The translations under genes and the position numbers were made by a program. Source: Azolla caroliniana (Eukaryota; Plantae; Polypodiophyta). Taken from it: DNA of 64,000 nt. Positions within the stretch are counted from its first letter, which is position 1, and the number at the start of each line of letters is the position of its first letter. Below are positions 24,992 to 34,899 of this stretch, one piece after another. The notes beneath the pieces are model-generated. The model searched no databases, was not told where the DNA came from, and was given only the letters and a program-made list of their open reading frames with translations. Where the stretch lies: the NCBI GenBank assembly GCA_043228905.1, contig JBHGNT010000001.1, positions 28,520,001 to 28,584,000 of the forward strand, written 5' to 3'.

Positions 24992-25282
24992 TGTTGGAAG
25001 CAAAGTCGTCAGTGCGGAAGATCAAGAAGCATTCGATGGTTTTGAATACCTGCGTATGACAGAAGGTAGGTCGTTGGACAGAGAGAGAGAGAGGGGGGGA
25101 GAGAGAGAGACACAAAAAAACTCTTTATTCCATAAAGCAACAATACGATATCCGACCTTACAAAAAGGTTACAAGGTCACTATATATAGTGACCGACTTA
25201 GGGCAACTACCCTTTATGCTAATTACATAAATGGCCAAAACGTGATAGTGTGAATACGTCCATTATACACATGTATTCGACA
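24992..25282 (-). repeat. 5' LTR of element F
   Basis: Followed on the minus strand by TC-TGGTATCAGAGC. Confidence 0.96.
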
Positions 25283-26472
25283 CCCCTGTGGAGTGTCCAC
25301 CCTCCCGAAGAAAAACCGGCACGAATGCCGTCTTCATCTAGTTGTCCGACTGAGATCAATGGCCTTGAGAGCTCGGGTACATGTCGGACATTGTGAAGTA
25401 CAAGTGTAGAGCCACCTGCAAGGTTGAGCTCTACTGTGCCGATTCCGATGATGTCACAGTGTTGCGAGTTACCGACTCGAACTGAGTCGGAGGGACGGAT
25501 CGTATATTGCCGAAATTGGGATCGATGAGGAGTCACGTGAAATGACGCGCCCGAATCTAAGAGCCATGTGCTCGATTCTTCAGTCGTGAGTAGAACTTCT
25601 GATCCGACTGGATTTTCGATTGATAGTATATTCGGGTCGTCTGGTAGCACATCAGCTGAGAAGCTGACGTAATTGATCTCCTCATGCCGGCCACTCTTCT
25701 TGTTGTTCTTGTTCTTGAGTACGCGGCAGTCGGCTTTGATGTGTCCGGGTTTCTTGCAATAGTTGCAGATTCGGTTATCCCGTGACTGGCTCCGTCTTCG
25801 CTGATTGTTCGGCGGCCGTGAGGAATCTCTTCCTCGTATGTTCGATCGGTCTGTCGAACCTTGTACTACGTAAGCGTCGTCTGTTGAGTCTTTGGCGAAA
25901 GACTTTCTCCGAGCTGCTTCGGTCAGGATTGCGCTCGTGACTTCGGAGTATTTGACAGCCGTGATTGACGCGTTGCACACGGTTGTGACGAAAGTTTCCC
26001 ATGATGAGGGAAGGCTACTCATGAGTATCATTGCTCTGAGTTCATCCTCGATTGCCGTCCCCTGAGATGAGATTTGGGAGCTTATACTTTCGTACTCATT
26101 GAGATGTGCTTGGACCGAATCGGATTCTTTCATCCGCAAGTTGTAGAGGCGCCGGATCATAAACATCTTCGTTGCGGCGACCTTCTTTTCGTAAGTGTCC
26201 GACAGTGTTTTCCACAGTTCGAATGTTGTCGTACACGATTGCACCGTAAAATATACCGATTCCGATAGGTGCATCCGAATCGTGGCGCGGACGATTCTGT
26301 CCAGCTTCTGCCACTCAATTGGTTTGTATCCTTCTGGAGGTTCTTCATTTTCGATGGGATCGATTTGCCCCTTGACTATGAGATAGTCCTGCATTTGCTC
26401 CTTCCAGAAGTTAAAGTTCGATCCATCGAACTTTCGTAGACTCATTTCTGACGAGCCGGATGTTGATGCCAT
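25283..26472 (-). pseudogene. gag-protease of element E, interrupted by F at WTLHRG|NLLL
   Basis: KFDGSNFNFWKEQMQDYL, zinc knuckle and LLDSGAS. It rejoins 20916 to give a 1337-aa polyprotein frame. Confidence 0.95.
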
Positions 26473-27147
26473 CAAATTTGGTTTCGGTTGACGGAGCTCG
26501 GTTCGGAGTTGACTACGAGCCTTGTTGGAGTGCAGCCGGTTGGCTCACCCGATATCGCTCTAGTCGGATTTGAACCCGAGTCGGTTCGGCTTCAGAACTT
26601 GCTCGAATTGACTCCGGTAGCTTGAGGGACAGAACCGACTGGTCTTCCCGAATGTTGCCGAGTCAGAGTGAGCCCGGTTCGCTTCGGATATATATGCCGA
26701 ATACCGATTATTGAAACCGATTATCTGGACCGATTCTGCTTCGGTTGACTGCAGCAACGAGAGAGACGGATCCAACTGATCCTCCCGAATGTCGATCAGC
26801 CAGATGAAGCACGAATTTGGGGTTGTTGTCTTGAGACCGATCTGCACCGAGTGATTACAATGAGCGGCGTTTGATTACCTCTTCGGATGCCGTTTAACCG
26901 GGTGGAGCACGATCGTGTCAATGTTGCACAAGGGGATTTCACCTCGAGCGGTTACGATCACAAGGGACAGAGTACAACCTGCTGGCTTACTCCAAGCGAA
27001 GATGATCTAACGCGATGAGATGCAAGCCTCGTTTCTCTTCTTCTTCTCTCTTCTTCGAATGATGCAGGAAACCGAATGTTGTGCAGGCTGAGACGACGGC
27101 CAACAGCAGATTGAAGGATCGACTACTGTGCAGGCTCTGATACCAGA

Positions 27148-27231
27148 TGTTGCAGACGAGGTCGTCTATGCGGAAGATCAAGAAGCATTCGATTCTTTTC
27201 TGTACCTGCGTATGACAGTTTCTAGGTCGTT

Positions 27232-27271
<40 letters not shown>

Positions 27272-27442
27272 GCACAAAAGACTTTCTATTTCCCAAAGCA
27301 ATAATACAACACCCAACCTTACAAAAAGGTTACAAGGTCACTATATATAGTGACCGACTTAGGGCAACTACCCTTTATGCTAATTACACAAATGGCCCAA
27401 AGGGATAGTGTGAATACGTCCATTATACACTTGTATTCGACA
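27148..27442 (-). repeat. 5' LTR of element E
   Basis: Followed on the minus strand by the iMet PBS. Confidence 0.96.
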
Positions 27443-27447
27443 GTGCC

Positions 27448-28043
27448 GGTATCGACGGATGATCGGCAAACATGGAAGGCTATGTCTTGAGAACCGGAGG
27501 AGGTGTGTGGAGAGCAACGGGCTACGTGTCGGGAAGAGGAAGCGCGGCGTCTCGAAAAGCGTGCGAGGCCAAGCAGGCCAAGAAGACGAGAATCGGGATG
27601 AAGCGGTGACGGTAGTCGCGAAGGACACTGACATGGTGGTCGGGATGACGGTACACTCTACGACGAGAGAGCACGACGAGCGAGGGAGAAGCAAGGAGCG
27701 CGTAACGCGGTCACGTAAGGACCAAAGCACGAGCGCGCATTTGATGGACGACAATGACGCATGGAAAGTGCCTACGGAAGCCGAGCGCAGAACGAAGGGA
27801 GTCGGTACGAGGTGTTCAGGGCGAGGAGAAGGTCGAGCCGGAGGTGGAACACACGTGATACGCAAGGAGCGGCACCCGGTGAGCAATCGAAGTAATCGGG
27901 GGTCTAACCGGAGGACATGCGTGGTGAGCGAAGGAAGGGAGACCGGATCGGCAACGGTGTTCGGGATGGTCGGTCGAAGAAGAAGGTGCGTGCGTGCGTC
28001 GGACATGGTGGATCGGATGGAGCCGGCGGGTCGGGGCCGGTAA
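27448..28043 (+). pseudogene. Element C long ORF, part 2 (continues in frame once E is removed)
   Basis: Joining 17606 to 27448 gives ...AGG TGC C|GG TAT CGA CGG ATG ATC, in frame with ORF 27459-28043. This part repeats the peptide encoded at 17090-17340. Confidence 0.75.
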
Positions 28044-28166
28044 GGAGCCGACAAGACGGTTGGGTGCCGGTAAGGCGAAAGACCCGGTTGATCGCCGTCG
28101 CCGAAATCTCTCACCCTTTTCCTTTCTTGGCACATACCGGTGGATGTGCGGTTTGGTGGGGGTGGA

Positions 28167-28681
28167 TGTCGTGAAGATTTCCGGCTATAGTGTGAAACCG
28201 GGGTGGAATGGGCAAATCGGTGGTGTGCAACATGTGCACGTGTATACTAGGAAAGGGTGTGTAGAAAGAAGAGGGGAATTTTATCCCACATTGTAAGGTC
28301 CCCCCTTCCTTGGGCTATAAAAGGAAGGGAGGGGTCACTTATGAGGGGTTGCCTATTTTGAGGGAGAGAGGCAAACTACTTAGGTCGAGAGTTTCCTATT
28401 CGGTTTTAGGGTTTCGGTTAGGGTTTTCTTCTAGGGTTTTTCTCATAGTCGTTTGGTGCGGCCATGGAGGCCACCATTGTTGTAATCATTCGCTTGTTTT
28501 TAATATATCTTGTTGTGGATCTTGCTTCCATCTATTTTGGTCTATGCTTATGTGCTACTCTTCATCTTCTCATCCGGTGTTAAGCTTCCATTTCTCATAT
28601 CTTATTCTTTCTCCTCTACTCCCTAGTCCAAGACCCCCGTGGTCCCGCCCCTTCTACACGCACGCGCGTAACAACGCGGCA
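28167..28681 (+). repeat. 3' LTR of element C
   Basis: Preceded by the PPT; matches 14254-14757. Confidence 0.95.
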
Positions 28682-28786
28682 CCGGTGCACGACATCCGGA
28701 GTGCACGAGGTCACCCCGCACGAGAAATACTATGGAAAGAAGTCGGATCTATCCAATGTAAGGATATTCGGCTCCATTGCATACGT

Positions 28787-29407
28787 TGTCGTGAAGAAAA
28801 CCGTCCCTTAGCGCAATCGGTGCATAGCACGCGTGAACCGGCTCTTCATTCGTGCGCGCCCTTTAATGTATATAATAGGGAATTAGGTACATAGGCATAT
28901 CCGGGGTAGTTAGATTCGGTAGGTAGGAAGTAAATGGGGGAGACGGCTCCCTTCCTGAAGCTATAAAAGAGAGGGAGACGCGGGGAGAAGGGTATCGCGC
29001 ATTGAGGAGGACGAAGTGTTGTCGAACCGTAACCGAACGCTTCTCCTCTGTTCATTCTCCATCGCTCTTCTCTGCAGAATTTCGGGAGGCTCGCGCTGCT
29101 TCGAGGAACGCTCGTGTGCTTCCGGCAGCACCTCCATCCTATCCCCTTTCGTGCGATGACGAACAAGCATCGACATCTGTTCGCCGGCCTGTTCGGTTGT
29201 AACCGCTCGCGTGCTATGTTGTTTTGTGTCATTTGATAATATACAAACATTCGTGTTCTGCGTTGACGGGCCGTGTCCCTGTGTTTCTTTGCTCATACAT
29301 TACCGGTCGTCTCTCTCTTTCTCTTTCCCCTCCTATCACCTGCTCTTCGGTCCAAGACCCCGGTGGTCCCGCCTCGTTTCTCCACGCACGCGCGTAACAA
29401 CGCGACA
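28787..29407 (+). mobile_element. Solo LTR D (621 bp), family related to C
   Basis: Shares termini with C (TGTCGTGAAGA... and GTCCAAGACCCC..CACGCACGCGCGTAACAACGCGACA). 4-bp TSD ACGT at 28783-28786 and 29408-29411. The host IAY|VHIP is restored on removal. Confidence 0.93.
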
Positions 29408-29409
29408 AC

Positions 29410-31560
29410 GTGCACATTCCCAATGAGAAGCGACAGAAGCTTGACCCAAAATCAGAGAAGTGCATCCTCGTGGGGTACTCACTGGAACAAAAGGGGTATA
29501 GGTGCTTCAACCCCTCTACTCGGAAGACTCGTGTAAGTCGGGATGTCGTCTTTGACGAATCGACGTCATGGTACAAACCCGAGCCGACTCCTCGCGAACC
29601 ATCTACGAACGACCTTGACAACACAGAAGATGATGATCAACTAAGGTCAATACTTGAAGAGAGTCTGATCTCAACCAAATTGAGCGGACCACAAGAGCCT
29701 CCGAGCAACCAAAGCTCATCTCGGCCAAGTCCAAAGATGGACAAAGGGAAGGCCAAAATGTCGGAATATGAAGACGATCACTTCGATGGCAACGAATCGA
29801 CTCATTCACTCGATAGTGAGTTCGATGGCTTTGATGTGCCTCTTATGAGATCACCCGGAGTTGAGAAAGCACTCACATCGGCAAATAAGAAACTCCGTCA
29901 CTCCACCCGAGAGAAGAATCCGGTTAGCCGATTTGGCGACAATGACTATATGGCATACCACTATGCCTTTATGATGAAGGTGGCAGCAGTTCGAGAACCA
30001 GAGAGCTTTGCCGAAGCCGCTAAAGATCCGCGATGGATCGAAGCGATGAACGAGGAGATGCAAGCTCTCAGCAAGAATGAGACATGGGCTCTTGTCCCAC
30101 ACTCACACCAGAAGAAGGCAATCGGCAGCAAATGGATATACAAGGTGAAGTATAATGTCGAGGGTTCCGTCAACCGCTACAAAGCTCGACTCGTAGCAAA
30201 GGGCTACGCACAAACACATGGAGTTGATTATGAAGAGACCTTTGCCCCAGTGGCAAAGATGACAACCGTGCGAACCATGATAGCGCTTGCAACAGCGAAA
30301 GGGTGGCACCTCCACCAGATGAATGTCAAGAATGCTTTTCTTGAAGGCAAATTAGAAGAGGAAGTGTACATGATACAACCACTCGACTTTGAATCCATCA
30401 TTCATCTGAAAGCCATCTGTCGACTCAAGAAGCCTCTCTACAGCATTAAGCAAGCACCACGTGCTTGGCACTCAAAGATAACACAATATCTTCATCGAAT
30501 CAGCTTCCGAATGTCAAAATCCAACAATTCTCTCTATGTAAGAAGCGATTCCGAAAGTCTAATCCTCATCATCCTGTACGTGGATGATTTGGTCATTGGA
30601 GGTGAGCATCTAGTCGACATCAACAAGATCAAATCCCTCCTTTCCAACAAATTTGAGATGGACATGACAGAGCTCCACAACTTCCTTGGTATAGAGGTAA
30701 TTCGGACTCCAACCGGGATTATGATCTCCCAACAGCACTACATTCTCAACTTGTTATACAAGTTCGGGATGACTGAGTGCAAGTCTGTGGCAACACCTCT
30801 CGATCGAAACCTCAAATTAGATGCCAATTCTGGCACGACAGAGTGTGAGCTAACTCAGTATCGACAACTGATCGGTAGTCTTATCTACCTCACAATCACT
30901 CAACCAGACCTGAGCTATCCGGTCAGCCTTCTTAGCCAGTTCATGCAAACGCCACGAGATATCCATTTGGATTCTGCTAAGAGAGTGCTACGATACGTGA
31001 GCAGAACGATGGACTATGGCATTCTCTATAAGTCGGCCAAGCCAATTCAACTCGAGGGGTACACAGATGCCGACTGGGCAGGCTACAAAGCCGACCGACG
31101 ATCAACCTCTGGTTTCGTCTTCTCCCTCGGAAGTGGAACCATCTCCTGGAGTAGCAGGAAGCAACCAACCGTCGCTCTTTTGAGCATAGAGGCCGAATAT
31201 AGGGGCGTGGCGGTGGCTACATGTGAAGTCGTATGGCTCAAGAGGATATTAAAGGATCTGGGCGTTCCCATCAAAGATCTTATTCTCCTTTACTATGACA
31301 ACATGAGCAATATTTATCTAGCTCGAAACCCAGTGTTCCACGCACGCACGAAGCATATCGAAGTGCATTATCTCTTCATTTGAGAGCGTGTTCAGGTTGG
31401 CGATGTCAACCTTCATTATATCACTATGAATCTTTAGACAGCCGACATCTTCACCAAAGCCCTAGGAGCCGACAAGCTTCAACAATTCCTGTCAGACCTT
31501 GGATTGACAGTCCTTGACTTGCCAAGCTTGAGGGGGAGTACAAGCGAAAACCGGATACCG
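29410..31560 (+). pseudogene. Integrase C-terminus, RT and RNaseH of element A (defective)
   Basis: KLDPKSEKCILVGY, YKARLVAKG, QMNVKNAF (catalytic D>N), YVDD, TDADW and KHIEVHY. Stops occur at 31381 and ~31435, before ADIFTKALG. Confidence 0.95.
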
Positions 31561-31629
31561 TCTGAACCGGATACGAGCCGAAGGGGACATCAACTGAAGT
31601 AGCTGACCAAAGTTGAGCTTGAGGGGGCG

Positions 31630-32007
31630 TGTTGAGAATCAAGCTCAACCTAGTCTAGTGTGTGAACACACCCTTGAGAGTGTGCACTCAAAGGTCAAAA
31701 GTCACCACTCTTATCTACACATTAACTATGTGTCATAGAATCATATTCTCTGACACATAACTAATGAGTTTTCACATTCGCCATGATCCATGAGCTTCGG
31801 TAGTTAATGAAGACAGAGAGTGACTATATAAAGCACTCTTCTCCTACTTTGTAATTAGTTCGGTTAATCTCCTTTGTAATATACATCTTCTTGAGTATTC
31901 TATTATGTTTCAAATCTATCTATCTTGTGTTTCTCTCATACACACACACTCACAACACATATCTCTAGTGTATTCCGCTGCACAAGAATCACAATCGATT
32001 CTTTACA
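31630..32007 (+). repeat. 3' LTR of element A
   Basis: TG...CA, followed by TSD AAAAG. Confidence 0.96.
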
Positions 32008-33390
32008 AAAAGTTATGGGCATACCATAATAATGTCAAGATATATGCTACTAAATCATTCAATGAAACCTATGCCAAAACTATTGGACAACCCACACAAT
32101 GTTGCCAACTTGCCACCACAAATGCTCCTCATCATGATGACGATGATGATGGTAATAACAACAACAAAAATTCAACTTCCCCATCCATTGAAACCCCTAC
32201 CCAATTTGTGTCCCTATATCCCACTCACATATGTGAGTGAGTGGTTCAACCTTAGTTAGACTCCACAACATGATTTCCGTCAACTTTCCCATCTCGTTGT
32301 AAATCTCCACACCTCACACTTAGGCCATGATCTCCTCCCCTTACACCTTGACACTCCACTAATGACAAGTTTTTGGTTGCATGGTTCAATTGAAACAACA
32401 TAGGACTACAAATTATATAGTTTCATGATAGAAGTAGTGGTCAATCAAATGGTAGTTGTTAGGATTCTGTCCCTCCTAATGGGAGAAGTCAGTTGATCAA
32501 TTGGGAGAATATGTGATCGAACTCGGGTCGGTCGGCCGGATCGAGCAACGAGTCAAGTTGGTAGTTAATTGAGTGAAGAAAATGAAGAGTCGACCATTCA
32601 GGTCGACCAGAGGAATGATTTGGGGATCAATCAAATTGGAGGTCGACTTTATTGGTTGGATGAACCAAGCGAGGGATAGGCCAACCGGATGGTCGATGTA
32701 GGAGTTGGCTAACCGAATCAACTAAACTATCGATTTGTGGGTCAGACGGTCGAGTCGACCAGTCGGGCGATTTCATTGCTTTTTCGTTTTTACTATTCTA
32801 TATTGTTTTTGTTACCGCGCGAGATGTACAGGGATGGATAAGGGTGAAAGTCTATAGTTTTGTTGTTGTGTATGTGCAAATGTGCACGAGAGTGAGTGTA
32901 AGAGTGAGTATATGTGTAATTGTATGAACACATACACATGTGTGTGCATGTGGGTAGATATGAAAGGGTGTGAGTAATTTGGGTGTGTGAATGGATAGAG
33001 GGGTATGCACCCCTATGTATCTTATTCATGGACAACCCTCATTGTACTATTTAACCCCATATGGGGCATGCATGAAAGATAAGAAGAAGTATTCTCTCTC
33101 ATACACGTTAACCCCTTGGGGAGGGGGGTGAAGTCATTTTAGGTTCCACCCCCCACCCCACCCCACCCCATTAACAATTTTCCTACAACCCTAAGAATTT
33201 CAATCGAAATGGTCCATCATTGACTAAAGCACCCTATTATATAACTTCGTTGGACACATGTAAGCTCTCTCCCTTGCATTTATGCATGTCTGTCACTTGG
33301 CATTCATCCAACCATGTCATTTGGCAAGTATGTGTTAAGTGCCAAGATCTCATAATATTATATTTATAACATATATAAAATAACATTATA

Positions 33391-33505
33391 TTGGTTAAAA
33401 GTTTAAATATATATATTGGGGGTCATGGGTTTAAACCTCTCTATTACCTTGGTTAAAAGTTTAAATATATATATGGGGGTCATGGGTTAAAACCTCTCTA
33501 TTACC
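33391..33505. repeat. ~58-bp tandem duplication
   Basis: ttggttaaaagtttaaatatatat..gggggtcatgggtt(t/a)aaacctctctattacc, two copies. Confidence 0.85.
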
Positions 33506-33599
33506 TTTTTGTGATGACATGATATATATTTATTTATGGTATTTTGTATAAATGTTTATGACATAAAGTTTGGTAAAGTCATTATCCTCCTTGGGAGAA

Positions 33600-34560
33600 A
33601 GCCATGTTTGAAGAGATACAAGATCTCTAAATCAATGAGACGTGGGACATTGTTCCATGACCACAAACGACACTAGGCCATCAATTGTTGGTAGGTCTAC
33701 ATGATAAGGTACAACTCTATCCATCGCTACAAATCCTGACTCCTTAAAAGGAGCAATAATTCAATTAATCGTTGATCACCATCGGGCGTCACATTCTCCT
33801 TAAGAAGTTGCATTATCTCCCAAACCAACTAAAAATACTCGAATGTTACTCTATCAAGCATACGTTCGAAGTATAGGGGTATGGTGCTCGTTGCTTGTGA
33901 AGTTGTGTGACTCAAGAAAATTCTCAAAGACTAACATATTGATTTACTGCCTAGTATGACACTAATACAATAACCTTAACGACATCCAACTAGCATGAAA
34001 CTCAATGTCCATGCATGTGTAAGGCACATCGAGGTGCATTTCCTTCATATTGAAGAATGGAGATGTCGATGATCTCCAACATATCTAGGTCAATCGATAA
34101 ACAACATATATATTTACCAAAATTCTAGGGCGGACAAACTTGGACAATTTTTTCCTCTACTAACCTATATCCACTTTATCCCCCAAGATTGAGGGAGAGT
34201 TCAAAAGTTATTAACAGCAATCCAAGCTCGTTAATCAACTTGGTGATACAATATAATTGATCTTTAATGGACATATTGAGATAAGAAGCTCAATCCTTCA
34301 CATCGTGTGAACACATGCGGGCATCAAATATCATAGGCTCCTTGTTATGCCTCTATCAGAAGGATGTAATGTAAAGGTTATTTCATACTCTCACCACTCT
34401 AATCATGATAACTAGTGACAAGATTATCATACATAAACCAAGACCTCCATCCTGTAAAGTGCATCGATCATTAGCATTTGATTAAGAATAATTTTATCAC
34501 TATAACTTCTCCCACTTCTTTATTAAGTTTTTGTCTTTGGATGTGTGTGTAAATATGCCT
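33600..34560 (+). mobile_element. Highly degenerate copia relic related to A (RT end, RNaseH, PPT, LTR start)
   Basis: Traces of YRG..VACEVV*LKKILKD, RHIEVHF and IFTKILG, a PPT-like ttgagggagagt, and an LTR-like tattgagataagaagctcaa...tgtgaacaca resembling the start of LTR A. Boundaries are approximate. Confidence 0.7.
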
Positions 34561-34899
34561 TTCGACTTATGAAAGAAAAAAATATTGTCATGACTAACTT
34601 AGAACAGACTTTAGAGCTCTAGGGATCAAAAATACTATTATGAATTCAATCCCACCACACACACCAATTAAGATGATGACTTGTCACCTTCCATAGTTGG
34701 CTCATGGGCCAATTTTGGCCTTAGAAGACGTTAATATTTCTTTCTCTCTCTCTCTCTCTCTAGTAAAAGCACACAATTATGTTAATTGTATGTAAAATCC
34801 ACTCATTACAACATTTATGAGTCTCCTCTAGATATCTATCCTATCCTTTTTAGGGAGAGAGATGTCTTGTAACACCACTAGAAAACCTGAATATGCATT

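Larger units (their letters stand above)
20922..25282 (-). mobile_element. Element F: sibling Ty1/copia inserted in E, lacking the leader and gag N-terminus
   Basis: LTRs 24992-25282 (5') and 20922-21210 (3'). 5-bp TSD CCCCT at 20917-20921 and 25283-25287. PBS at 24978-24989, PPT at 21211-21217. Confidence 0.97.
17607..27442 (-). mobile_element. Element E: young Ty1/copia (Tnt1/Tork-like), 5.47 kb without nested F
   Basis: LTRs 27148-27442 (5') and 17607-17899 (3') differ only in the GA tract. 5-bp TSD GTGCC at 17602-17606 and 27443-27447. iMet PBS at 27134-27145, PPT at 17900-17906. Confidence 0.97.
14254..28681 (+). mobile_element. Element C: non-autonomous Ty3/gypsy-like LTR element (~4.6 kb without nested E)
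   Basis: LTRs 14254-14757 and 28167-28681 (TGTCGTGAAG...GCG(A/G)CA). 4-bp TSD CCGG at 14250-14253 and 28682-28685, and the host MNR|CTTSG is restored on removal. PBS at 14762-14779, PPT GGTGGGGGTGGA at 28155-28166. No pol motifs. Confidence 0.93.
10965..32007 (+). mobile_element. Element A: Ty1/copia LTR retrotransposon, decayed outer host of the nest
   Basis: LTRs 10965-11341 and 31630-32007 (TG...CA). 5-bp TSD AAAAG at 10960-10964 and 32008-32012. PBS TGGTATCAGAGC at 11342-11353, PPT GAGGGGGCG at 31621-31629. Domain order gag-PR-INT-RT-RH. Confidence 0.97.

Noticed and set aside
17607-27442. E/F as an assembly duplication or tandem recombination product
   Set aside because: F has its own LTR subtype, its own TSD (CCCCT) and scattered differences from E, and E's frame is restored on removing F. 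This is a true nested insertion, although the target AGGGG happens to resemble a PPT.
33391-33505. CRISPR-like or ncRNA array interpretation of the short tandem duplications (also 47946, 51940, 57151)
   Set aside because: Only two or three copies each, no unique spacers and a eukaryotic context. These are ordinary local duplications.
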